From: Mobula hypostoma
Lineage: Eukaryota
DNA length: 64,000 nt
Direction of reading: 5' to 3'
NCBI RefSeq assembly: GCF_963921235.1
Contig: NC_086097.1
Location: 57,352,001 to 57,416,000, forward strand
Within the stretch, counting starts at the first letter, position 1, and each line of letters opens with the position of its first letter. Below the pieces are notes generated by a model that searched no databases, was not told the origin of the DNA, and saw nothing but the letters and a program-made list of their open reading frames with translations. Of this stretch, positions 23,600-35,633 are shown piece after piece. Made by a program: the position numbers and the translations under genes.

Positions 23600-26453
23600 T
23601 GGTGCCCTTGAAGGCAATGCTCCTGGTCACATGCTTGACTGGTCAGCGAACATGAGCAGAGCATTTGATGATGACATCAACAAGCTCTTTCCAACGTGAC
23701 CCTACTGGTGCACTCGCTCCCCAATGCCATTACTACCCATAGCCATTACTACTGATGCTTCACACTATGCTGTGGGCGCTGTGCACAAGCAATTGGTTGG
23801 AGGCATGTGGTAGCTGCTTGCCTTCTTCAGCCAGAAGCTCCGTCTCCGTGAAAGGAGTACAGCACATTTGACTGCGAGTTTCTCTACCTCTATCTGGTTG
23901 TCATTTTTATTTTCTACTAGTGGATCACCATTTCACAATATTTATTGACCACAAACCCTTCATGCACGTGTTGGCCAATATATCAGACCCTTGGTCTGCA
24001 CGGCAGCAACGCCATCTGGACTACATACAACACACGACATACAACACATCTAGGGAAAGATAATGCCATGGCTGAATGCCTCTCGTGGCCAGCTGTTGAG
24101 GCCATACACATATGGGTTGACTATGCTGGCATGGCAGCCGACCAAGCTGCTGACTCAGATGTCCAGGCTTACTGATCAGCAGTCATGGGCAATTCAGGGA
24201 AGCTGGCGTCTCTCTCCTGTGCGATGTCTCAACCACTTTCCCTTGCCCCATAGTGCCCGCAAACTGGAGGCACACTGTTTTTAACTCCTTTCATGACCTC
24301 CCGCACCCAGCCAAGGAGGCCTCAGAGAAACTGGTTTGTGTGGCATGCCTTTAGAAGGGAAGTGTAATTGGACTGTAGCCTGTGTTGGGTGTCAGCAGGT
24401 GAAAATTAATCGTCATGTTTGGGCACCATTGGCACCTTCTGAGGTCCCTCTGCGACGGTTTGATCATGTCAATATGGACCTTGTTGGCCCTCTTATCCCT
24501 CCCATGGTTTTATGCACCTCCTTAACATGGTGGACTGGAGCACTAGGTGGCCAGAGGTCATCCTTCTAGCATCGATGAGGGCTACAAATGTGGTTTAGAT
24601 GTTCATCAGCACCTGTGTTGTTTGGTTTGGCACTCCATCTGATTTTTCCTCTGATCGTGGTCCCCAATTCACATCAGACCTCTGGGCTGTGATGGCCCAG
24701 AGCCTTGGTGTTAGTTTACATCACACCATGGCATATCACCAACTGTCCAATGGTTTCTGTGAGCAGTTTCATCGCTCCTTAATGGCTGCTCTGAGGGCAT
24801 CCCTGATGGATGAGTGCTGGCATGATCTTCTCCTGTGGGTCTGTTGAGACTTAGAATGGCTCCAAAGGAGGACCTGCGGTCATTTGCGGCTGAGTTGGTA
24901 TACAGGGATCCGTTACAAGTGCTAAGTGATTTTGTTTCTGACACCATGATTGGTTGGTCAGCCTGTCAGCAGTGTTCAGCCGTGTCCAGTGAACTCAGTT
25001 CCTTTTTACCTCTTCCCAACTTCCATCATGGCGTACAGCTCTTTTTGGTTCCTGTTAAACAACTTTCGTTTTCGTCCGCCATGATGCACATTAACATCCC
25101 CTTAGTCCCTGTTACATACCCCGTAACTGGGTTGCCAAACCAGCAGAAATGGACCACTAGTTGGAGTCTGGATTACTGGAAGCTAATAAAGGTTTATTAA
25201 AGAAATAAGTAACACAGTACTCTAATCGTACGGATATAAATGCAACAGGTTAGCAATGATAAAACACACATGTACACAGAACTAGGGTATTAGGAATCAA
25301 TCAAGCTCTATCGCTGTCTAGGGGTAAAATGATCAGTCTCAAGTGATGCAGAGTTCAGTTCAGTTTATTACAGTTCGCAGTAATCGCTGTTGTGCTGTTG
25401 GAGAGAGAGAGAGAGAGAGAGAATGCAAATTTGATTCAGCAGAACTTTGATGTTCACAGGTGGTTTTGGGCAGACCCTTTTATGTCTTCTGTGGTCACCA
25501 ACTGTGACCCCTCCGTTCCAGATACGACCGTTCTTCCGCGGTGAACCCGGCACCCAGGCAAGGGCGGACACACACACCAGGTTCCCACCGATCGTACCCT
25601 TTTCACCCTGTGCGTCTACGGCCCGTTCCCGCGAACCAGACCTCCAACACTCACCAACTTGTGGGGGCACACCGCTCTTCCAGGGTCTCGTTATCTCGTG
25701 ATCTCATGGTGTGTCGTGCCTTAGCGAACTTGTTCTTTTTATCCCCCTGCTGGGCTATCACCTGTCCATCAAACTTCAAACAGTTCAGGTTCAAAGCAAC
25801 CGGTCTGTCAATACTCTGAATTGTGTCTCTTTTCGTTATCTCTCTCCTCTCTCATTAACATCTTGAACGTTTCTCCATTTGTCTCCCTTATCTCTCTCAT
25901 CTCTCTCATCAGCATCAATCGTCTGATAACTTGGTTTGTCATCACATCTCCCTTATGATGGTCCACTCCACATTTTGAAACAGACAGAAAAAGTCTTTTA
26001 TCATAGATAGGAGGGGTAAACGGGAATGCACTTCAGTAGATCACCTTAAACCGGCCCACCCAGAGTGGGAGGATTCTGCTACCATGCACTTGGCATCATG
26101 ACATGACCATGAGCATATCAACGCACCTGTTCAAGCCAGAGGCACATGCTGTTCCTCCACCCATGGATCGTAGGACTCGAGCCGGCCTGATTGTCTAAGT
26201 GCCGGACAGGCTCACAATGCCGGTTTTAGTGAATTCGGGGGGTGGGGTGGTGGGGGCTGCATAAGGTGGAAATAATGCATAATTCACAACCAATGACGTT
26301 GAGTTGGGGTTCACTAGGAGGCCGGTCTGACATGATGACTTAATGACGTGGTTTTTTACCGTGCTTTATGCTCTGCAATTGGTTGACAATAAAGTGAATT
26401 ATTATGGTTTCCCTTAAACTTAAAATTCCTCCATTTTATTTATGAAACCTACA
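23600..26453 (+). mobile_element. Decayed Gypsy-type LTR retrotransposon (RNase H, integrase, PPT, 3' LTR)
   Basis: DASHYAVGAV..QLV, LAFFSQKL (RNase H); CVGCQQVKI, RFDHVNMDLVGPL, SSDRGPQFTSDLW, HHTMAYHQLSNGFCEQFHR (integrase); G-rich PPT at about 26237-26257, then an LTR-like segment with AATAAA ending ...cctaca. Confidence 0.85.
25110..25946 (-). mobile_element. Solo LTR (about 837 bp) nested in the Gypsy remnant
   Basis: Termini TGTTAC...TCACA; flanks tccc/tctc (4-bp TSD, 1 mismatch); the Gypsy sequence resumes afterwards; minus-strand AATAAA at about 25193; internal (GA)n at 25401-25422. Confidence 0.75.
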
Positions 26454-27228
26454 ACAATAACAATGCATGACGTGTGATTGGCAATCATCAAATGCAACAT
26501 AACCACATTTTGTGTAGCTGGGTGAGAAAATAACCAGTCTAATCTCTCATGGTTGCAAGTATAATTGGAAACCAGAGGTTCATCCAACTATAGTTTCCCT
26601 GTATCAATGGCTGTTCTCAGACACCTGGTATACTTCTTACCTCTTGAAGGTAGTTGACCTCCCTTGTCCTTAGTTCATCTGTGTGGCACGGCTTTTTGTA
26701 TTGATGTGTCTCTAAGGAGTTCATTGGAATGGAATTCATCCACTGACCATCCTTGGGTTAAGAACGCCCAGCTTATGAACACTTATGTATAATAATATAC
26801 TCCCATAATATTATTAAATTCAAAAATATGACATGGATGTGTACATTTATTCCAATGAACATCAGAACTAGTTTCCTCTGCTTCTTCATTTATAGTGATT
26901 GTTCTTTCTCATCAGTCCTGTGTGCCTCTAATGCCATTCATCACAATACCTTGGGGATATGATTACTATTTGGACTTATTTTTGTCTCCTTTCCAATTTA
27001 TGGACAAAATCAACTTATGAATATCTATAAAAATGGAACATGTTCATTAAAAGGATGATCCTTTGTCACCTGTCTCAAGGCTGCCTCATTTATATCAATA
27101 AGACTGCTGGCCAAATGATCCAGATGGCACAGTGTTTATGTTGCATTTACTCTATCCCACTATTGAACAACTGTGTCTGTATATGTGCACATGTTGAGAA
27201 ACCGATCATTGTATTGTATATTGTAGTA

Positions 27229-27382
27229 CAGGCCGACCTTCACTAACCTGGCAGCATTGGGACCTGAGGAGTGCCGGATTAGTGAAAATGCCGAATTACA
27301 GAAGGATCGCATTAAGCATAATCAGTGCCGGATTATCGAAGGAACTGGATTACAGGTAGTCGGATTAGTGAAGGTCGACCTG
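27229..27382. mobile_element. 154-bp MITE (TcMar-type)
   Basis: TA|caggccgaccttcactaa ... ttagtgaaggtcgacctg|TA; internal repeated ccggatta motifs. Confidence 0.85.
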
Positions 27383-27409
27383 TAATAAGTTTTTAAGCCA
27401 CTTTTGTTG

Positions 27410-27935
27410 AGTGGCTACCTGCTGGGAAATGACTGTGCAGATTGGTGATAATATCTCTTCCTCGCTGATGATCAACACTGGTACACCTCAGGGGTGTGTA
27501 CTTAGCCCACTATTCTACTCCCCCTATACCCATACAACTGTGTGGCTAGGCACAGCTCAAATACCATCTATAAATTTGCTGATGATACAACTATTGTTGG
27601 TAGAATCTCAGATGGAGATGAGAGGGCGTACAGGAGTGAGATATACCAGCTGGTTAGGTGGTGTTGCAGTAACAACCTTGCACTCATTGTCAGTAAGATG
27701 AAAGAGCTGATTGTGGATTTTAGGAAGGGTAAGAAGAGGCAATTTAAACCAATCCTCATAGAGGGATCAGAAGTGGAGAGAATGAGCAGTTTCAAGTTCC
27801 TGGGTGTCAAGCTCTCTGAGGATCTAACCTGGTCCCAGCATATCAATGCAGCTATAAAGAAGGCGAGACTGTGGCTATATCTCAGTAGGAGTTTGAAGAG
27901 GAACATACTGGTGATAATAAATCTGAAAATTCTGA
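27410..27935 (+). mobile_element. Rex1/Babar-like LINE RT fragment
   Basis: NTGTPQGCVLSPL, YKFADDTTIVG, KELIVDFRK, FKFLGV. Confidence 0.85.
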
Positions 27936-29775
27936 AAATGCAGCTGTTACCTCAGTATAGAATGATCCTTGTTTGAACCACTGCATCTTGTGATTTCAAA
28001 AACATTTGAATCTTGATTCTATCACTTCAATATAGGTTGGTTCTTGTTTATAAATATCCTATATAGATTTCCTAACATAGGACTATCAATTGCAGATTCC
28101 TCTTCTTCTTACAACTTATTTGGTATTTAATTAAATTTAGTCAGTTTTTTATGATTTTCTGTTGATTCAGATTCCCTAGTAATTTTCTATAAAATGTAAA
28201 TATTTCTAAAGCCAACAAAGCAATTTATTGGCAGAGTTTGGCTATCCAAATATTAATAAGATTTCCACACCAATGACAACTGTTTAAGTGTTCAAAAATC
28301 AGAGAGCAACTGTGAGTCTTAGAATTGTCATTGTATATAAAATGATACCCCCCCCACCCAAAAAAACAATTGTTTTTATATCTGACTATGTTTTTTACTG
28401 TGTGCTTTTTACTTTTCTTTACTCATCTGTATTCTCTTCGGTTGGAAATAAATTCACAAATAGAATTCACATAATGTTGTAACATCCTCAGCTATCCTAC
28501 TGAATTTTGATTGCCACACTAGCAGTCTTATTCTCTTAAAAACAGATCCACAGTGTCACCTGAAGCACTAAATTAAAATTTGGTAATTGAGTTACTTTGC
28601 TGTAGCAATTAATTTCTAAAGTACTTTAGATAGTTTATTGCTTTCCTCTTTGAAACATAGTCATTTAGTATTTTTTTCTTTTCACTTATAACTTGGATTA
28701 AAAAGTCCAAGCAGACTTAAGTTAACTTCCATTACATTTGAAAAGGAATTACATTGAAGATGGAGATTGAGTATACTTAGATAACTTCTTTAAATTTTGT
28801 TGCCCTTATCCTGATGACAGCAGAAGGTGCAGTACTGGAAGGTGTCACTAAAGTAACCCCAGTGAGTTGTGACATGTTGGTTAAAAGATTTGGTTATAAT
28901 GCATCTTGAAAGTTTAGCTAAAGGAATGCTTTTAAGGAACATTGAATTCAAATTTTATCACTTCAATGTCACACATGAAAAAGATCTTGCAAACAGTGTT
29001 TTGAGGATCACATTTTCTGAATATGATCATAGGAGGAATGTTAGAAAGGATAAATTGGTTGTAGCTTAACAGGAGTTCCCTGCTCAGCCTGTCATTTTTA
29101 TATTTCCTGAGTGCAGCTGGAATCAGTTGAATTAATTCAAAAATAATTCAAATTTGCCTGCTCAGATCAGTCTTAGAACACTTGGGAGCTTTTTGTAATT
29201 ATTCTCCTCCAACACTAACATAAATTCATCTTTATTAAAGTGACTACAGTTTAAATTCCTCTTACATTCCCACAGATTATGCTTACCTGTGAAACCCGGT
29301 TATTTTTTATATAACACAGACTAGATTGACCAGCCAGAGATAGCATTGTTGTTCTTTGTAGTCCAGAGACACTGCTAGAAAGGTGTTTCTTTGCTGTAGC
29401 CAGCAGTTTCTGTCTTCCTTCTTTGGTTGATTATCCTAGTGATATTAAACCCTTGTAGTTCTATACAATCTGTAGTTACTGCAATTTGAGGACGCTATCA
29501 AACAAAATGCAAAATCTCTTGTAGTTAGAAATTGTTGTGCTGAAACTTGTACCTATGAATTGTATACATTTAAAAATATTCTTGTGATGAAATGTGAAAG
29601 GTGGCTGTGATTAATCAAAAGGAAACACAAAAAAGGCAAAAATCACAAGATATTGCTTAGTATTGATCTCTGTGAGCCCATATTTTAAATACAGTTTGTC
29701 CAAAGTCCGGTTTGAAGTCCATTCCAATTGAACAAGGAGCTATGAAGCCCAGTCTACAAGGATAGAAAGTATCAG

Positions 29776-29921
29776 ACACAAAATGCTGGAGGAACTCAGC
29801 AGGCCAGGCAGCATCTATGGAAAAAAGTACAGTTGATGTTTTGGGCTGAAACCTGTTGAGTTCCTCCAGCATTTTGTGTGTGTTGCTTGGATTTCTAGTA
29901 TCTGCAGATTGACTCTTGTTT
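29776..29921. mobile_element. 146-bp hairpin mini-element built from PLE termini
   Basis: Perfect 14-bp TSD atagaaagtatcag (29762-29775, 29922-29935); 28-bp inverted arms 29776-29803 / 29852-29879 with 1 mismatch. Confidence 0.85.
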
Positions 29922-31194
29922 ATAGAAAGTATCAGTTATGCTAAGTCAATATCTTATTGAGAATTGTGCTATTACTAAGTTCCTTTTTTTTTTGCAACTT
30001 ATAGCTCTAAAACTGTTATCCTACGTTCTTATGTATGTTTACTGAAATCAGTAACATTCATTGCAAATATGGAATCTCTGTAGTTTTCATATTGTTTCAA
30101 ATGTAGCATGCTTTGGTGCAATTATTTTACATTGCATTGAAAGAGAGAATAGTTGCTTCATCTCAGACGGAATTCACTTTAGCAAGTGGATACAAGTTTT
30201 AGTTCTATGTACTTAAATTGCTGAAGTCTATTGTAGCTTCCAGTGCAAAAGTTTGAATTTAAGGCAAATAATTGCTTTAAAGTTTGTTGGAGATTTATTT
30301 GTCCACAGAGATAAATACCAAAGTCTCATTGGATCACCGTCAGCTAACAGATTAGGAAGTCACTTCAAGCAAAAGCCAAGGAAGGATTGAGTCGTCTTGA
30401 ATTTGAATAACTCAGTGGCAGCGATATCACCTTCAGTGCATGCCAGGATTGCTTGATGTTTCCCGGCTTAGTCTGCTATTACCAACAATAATGAACTCCA
30501 GAAGATGTAAGAAAATTGCTCTAAAGCAAAATAGAATTTCAGATGTTTGTTAAATTCAGAAAGAACAGCTTGAATATTTTAATGCACACATGGAATGCAA
30601 AGTCCTGACATTAGGCCCAGATGATGCAAATGTTCAAGCAACAATCCATCATCGATATCTGTATATTGATTTGCCATTAGCAAGCTAATACACATGCGCA
30701 AATAAAACCAGAAAATGCTAGGGATAATCAACAGTTTTGGGCTGTATTTGTCAAGAGAACACAATTACTTTTCAGGTACCTGCTGTATAAGCCCAGTATG
30801 TTCTGCTTTTATTTAAGATTTCTATCATTTATAATTCTGGACTTGTCCAAAGGAAGTTAAGATTGCCTCCTTCATGTCAATTCTAATGACTACATACAAA
30901 CATCTTTACCAGTTTTATTGCCCAGTGACAACACATGCACACTGAGTAATTTCTTCAATAAAAACAGTATAAATAAGCCAATTCTAAAATCTGCAGACAA
31001 GTCATTGGAAACTCCATGTTGTCAATATCGTCCACATCAGAAAGCGGAAAAGGAAATGTGATTATGTACGATTGTGAAATATACTTAACGTGCCAATGAG
31101 CAGAGGGTGACAACCTTTTGTGTGCAGTTTAACTTCCTTTGTGCGCTAGTAGCAAAAGGTGTGTGTGCGTACACCATACACCTTAGGAGGTACA

Positions 31195-31512
31195 TTGGAA
31201 TCTAGGACCAGAGGACACAGCTTCATAGTACAAAGAGGTTCCTTCAGAACAGAGATGAGGAATTTCTTTAGCCAGAGTGCAGTGAATTTGTGGAATTTGT
31301 TGCCACAGGTGGCTATATGGAGGCCAAGTCATTGGGTATATTTAGTGCAGAGGGTGATTGGCTCTTCATTTCTAAGAGCATCTATTGTTACAGGAGGAAG
31401 TTAGGAGAATTGAAGTTGAGAGGGATAATAATTCAGCTATGATGAAATGATGGAGCCTACCCAATGGACCAAATAGCCTAATTCTCTTCCTATATTATGA
31501 TCTTTATGGTCC
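31195..31512 (+). mobile_element. CR1 3' end
   Basis: ESRTRGHS...FRTEMRNFFSQSAVNLWNLLP followed by the CR1 3' UTR. Confidence 0.8.
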
Positions 31513-31784
31513 TGATACTTCTGCCACTATTTTCATTATTAAGAGCTGAAATTCACATACGTGTGAGCAAAGTTATTAAATTAACATGCTGCATTACATA
31601 GGCGCATGGACTTTAACTCTTTTATGATGATCAAGTATTGTTTTCTCAAATTTTCTCAAAGTTTGTATGATTTCCAGTTATGTATTTTTCAGCGAGCTGG
31701 AACTGGGTAAACATCAACATTGACATTGCAGACATTGCTCGGCTAGATCAACCGTGTTCTTAATTTTAATTTTTATTTAAAGAT

Positions 31785-32025
31785 ACATCATGGTAACAGG
31801 CTCTTCTGGTCCAATAAGCCCACACCGCCCAATTACACCCATGTAACCAATTAACCTTATAATCCGTATACCTTTAGAATGTGTGTGGAAACTGGAGCAT
31901 CTGGAGGAAACCCACGCAGTCAAAGGGAGAATGTACAGACTCCTTGCAGACAGCAGCAGAACTGAATCCAGATTGTCTGCATTGTAATAGTGTTACACTA
32001 ACCGTTATTTTGCTGTGCTGCCATT
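31785..32025 (-). mobile_element. V-SINE-like element
   Basis: Reverse complement of the V-domain core (gtggaaactggagcatctggaggaaacccacgcagtca). Confidence 0.7.
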
Positions 32026-32295
32026 ATAGAATGGCAGAGCAGACTCGATGGCCTTGGTGGCCTGCTCTTGCTCCTATTTCTTATGGTCTTATGTTCCCCA
32101 CTTGCATATGTGTGAGTAGATTTATATATGGGCATTTTTGTCAGGTAGAATGTGGGTAGAGAGAGTCTGCTGCTTGGCTAATGAAAGTGGATTGATGAAG
32201 AAACAGCTCACCAGAGGGGATAGGAGTTCTGGCAGTTTTGTGCCAATCACAGTAAGTAAAATGAGAATGTTTGGGTAGGTGGCATCAGGATAATA

Positions 32296-33120
32296 CAGGC
32301 TGAGCACCCCTTATCCGTGATGTTTGTTTCAAAGTGTTTTGGATTTTAGATTTCGCAATATTTGCGCTATATAATGAGACACCTTGGGGATGGGACCCAA
32401 GTCTAAACTCAAAATCCATTTACACTACATATACGGCTTATACACATATCCTAAAGGTAGTTTGATATAATATTTTTGATAATTTTATGCACAAAACAAT
32501 AATGTGTATATTGAACCATCAGAAAGGTAAGCTATCACTACATTGGCTGCCCATGTGGGCAGTCAGTGGCTTTTTGTTATCACCATTGTTTCTAACTCTG
32601 AAATTATGTGTTACTGGTAAGCAGTCCTTGTCTTACACTTGTTCATCACACAAATAGTATCTACTGACACAGCCATTCAGAGTGTTATATCTTTATCAAC
32701 GACAACTGTGGTAAACTCATCAAAGAATTTTTCTGCTGTGTTGTGATTACCGCAAATCTTTAAATCTGTTCTTAAATTTCTGCAAGCAGCCTGCTGAATA
32801 TTCACAATTACCTTCAATCTTTAGTTCATCATGATGGATCTTTGCTGTTTCATGATCAGCATTCCGTTAAGCGACATATGTTCACTCCAGAACTGACAAA
32901 TACAGGATTGAGAACCTCATTTTTCACTTTGTGCAGAGTTTTTCTATTTTTCAAGAACTTATGTTATTAAATGTGTGAGGTCACTTCTCAGAACTGTTTG
33001 TGGTGTGCAGAGTCCTATGTATGGTCTGGGAACCTTACCAGCACTTAGTGAAAATTTCCATTTGTAACATCAAAAAAACTTTGAATTTCGAAGACCTTTG
33101 GATTTTGGGACTTTGGATTT
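32296..33120 (-). mobile_element. Tigger/pogo-like DNA transposon deletion derivative
   Basis: ta|caggctgagcaccccttatcc TIR-like start; minus-strand CENP-B-type remnant (PLNGMLIMKQ...CEYSAGCLQKFK) at 32700-32900. Confidence 0.6.
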
Positions 33121-33762
33121 AAATACATAAATTGTTAAACAGTTTAATGTCAGTTTGTGTTTCTATTACACTTTTTAACAATTTCCACGACATTTTGGCC
33201 TGTTGAGGCAGCTGCTTAATTGAACCAAAATGTACTGTCCTAATATGTCCCAATTATCTGGAATCCATTGTCCTTTATAACTGCATAAGGGTCCTCTTGC
33301 GATGACAGTACCTTAATTTGCACAAACTATTGAATGCCACTTCCAGCAGCTGCTTTGACTGTCTATTTTAGGGTCTTTGCTAATTTTCTGCGTATATCAC
33401 CAGTATGGCCCGGTAGTTTAGATGAAAATGATTACATATCACCAAGGTATAACTCATCCAGGTCTACTGTGTGTGATTTAAAATCCAAATCATTAAGTCT
33501 GAAGTTAGTTTTATTGAGACAGTGAAAGTGGAAATGATGGATGATAAAAACCAAATAATTGCTATATTTAAAGGCATCAACCCAAATATGGGTAAATACT
33601 ACCACAATTAATATGAAAATATTACTGCCACAAGAACATAATAAACCAAAAAAAATCCAGATATTTATTAAATTTCATGATTGACATCACAGAATAGACA
33701 GGGCTGTAATAGAACCTTTATATCCAAGTTATGAAAACTACAAATTGCACAGGGAGGTATCC

Positions 33763-34310
33763 ACGTTCCATTCCCATTCTGACATATCTATCCACGGCCT
33801 CCTCTACTGTAAAGATGAAGCCACACTCAGGTTGGAGGAACAACACCTTATATTCCATCTGGGTAGCCTCCAACCTGATGGCATGAACATCGACTTCTCA
33901 AACTTCCGCTAATGCCCCATCTCCCCCTCATACCCCATCCGTTATTTATTTATATACATACATTTTTTTTTCTCTCTCTCCTTTTTCTCCCTCTGTCACT
34001 CTCACTATAGCCCTTGCCCATCCTCTGGGCTTTTTTCTCCCCCTCCCCCTTTTCTTTCTCCCTGGGCCTCCTGTCCCATGATCCTCTCATATCCTTTTTG
34101 CCAATCACCTGTCCAGCTCTTGGCTCCATCCCTCCCCCTCCTGTCTTCTCCTATCATTTCGGATCTCCCCCTCCCCCTCCCACTTTCAAATCTCTTACTA
34201 GCTGTTCTTTCAGTTAGTCCTGACGAAGGGTCTCGGCCCAAAACGTCGACTGTACCTCTTCCTAGAGATGCTGCCTGGCCTGCTGCGTTCACCAGCAACT
34301 TTGATGTGTG
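33763..34310 (+). mobile_element. Penelope-like element (family 1) 3' fragment
   Basis: SHSHSDISIHGLLYCKDEATLRLEEQHLIFHLGSLQPDGMNIDFSNFR*, pyrimidine-rich UTR, hammerhead motif and terminus. Confidence 0.9.
34216..34251 (+). ncRNA. Minimal hammerhead ribozyme motif, G12 to A mutated
   Basis: AGUC-CUGACGA-AGGGUCUCGGCCC-AAAAC-GUC-GACU. Confidence 0.75.
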
Positions 34311-34440
34311 AGACTCAGGTTCCATAGCTCATCGATCAGGACTGTAGGATTGATGGTGTTAAACACTGAGCTGCAGTCAACTAACAGCATCCTGCGATAG
34401 GTGTTGCATTGTCCAGCTGACGTAAGGCTTTGTGAAGAGC

Positions 34441-35633
34441 CATTGAATATAGAACATTGAACATAGAAATCTAGGGCCGGCTGGTAGCGCAATGACATCA
34501 GTGCCGGACTCTGGAACGGAGGTTCCCGGGTTCGAACCCAGCCAGGTCTGCTCCTGAGTACGCTTTCCATCTGTGCTGGGTTGAGTGTCAAGATCGCAAC
34601 TTGACATCGTAAAATAAAGAGAAAAATACTGCAAAATGTCTGTGTGAGGAGTGGCGTGTCACACAGTCTCCTTGTAAAGGCGTGAAGAATACATCGTTCC
34701 GCCAACATTGCACATGCACGCAGATGCGCACGCATGCATGCACGCACACACCAAAGAAAGAACATAGAAATCTATAGCACATTACAAGCCCTTTGGCCCA
34801 CAACGTTGTGTTGACCATGCAACCCACTTTAGAAACTGCCTAGAATTTCCCTGGCGCATAGCCCTCTATTTTTCTAAGCTCCATGTACCTATCTAAGAGG
34901 CTCTTAAAAGACCCTATTGTATCCGCTTTCACCACCGCCACTGGCAGTGCATTCCATGCACCCACCTCTCTGTGTGTGAAAAACTTACCCCTGACATCTC
35001 CTTGGTACCTACTACTAAGCACCTTAAAACTATGCCCACTCGTGTCAGCCATTTCAGCCCTGGGAAAAAGTCTCTGGCTATCCTCACGATCAATGCCCCT
35101 CATCATCTTATACAGCTCTATCAGATTGAAATCAGCTACAGATTGGCAAATATGACATTGTGGCCATCTCTGAAACTTGGCTAAAGGATGGCTGCCACTG
35201 GGAGCTTAACGTCCAAGGATAGACGGTATATCGGAAAGATAGGTTAGTCGGCAGAGGTGTGGCTCTGTGTATAAGAAATAATATTAAATCATCGGAAAGA
35301 GATGATACAGGATTGGAAGGTGTAGAGTCTCTGTGAGTTGAGTTAAGAAACGACAAGGGTAAAAGGACCCTAATGGCAGTTGTATACCATTAATATTATA
35401 TTCTGTCTTCAAATTTGACCTACCAAAATGAACCACTTCGCACTTATCTGGATTGAAGTCAATCTGCCACTTCTCAGCCCAGTTCGGCATCCTATCGATG
35501 TCCTCAATCTCTAGACTATCAACAACACCCCCAACCTGTGTGTCATCAGCAAACTTACTAACCCACCCTTCTACTCCTTCATCCAGGTCATTTATAAAAA
35601 TTATAAAGAAGAGGGGTCCCAGAACAGATCCCT
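34441..35633 (-). mobile_element. CR1-B 3' fragment (interrupted by the SINE and by a + strand CR1 EN piece at about 35125-35388)
   Basis: ORF 34840-35106 is the CR1 C-terminus; RT piece GSVLGPLFFIIFINDLD..KFADDT. Confidence 0.85.
34474..34759 (+). mobile_element. tRNA-derived SINE
   Basis: A-box-like tggtagcgcaatg, B-box ggttcgaaccc, (CAYG)n/A-rich tail; perfect 15-bp TSD gaacatagaaatcta (34459-34473, 34760-34774). Confidence 0.9.

Noticed and set aside
34474..34550. tRNA gene
   Set aside because: It has A and B boxes but no convincing cloverleaf, and it continues into a SINE body bounded by a TSD.
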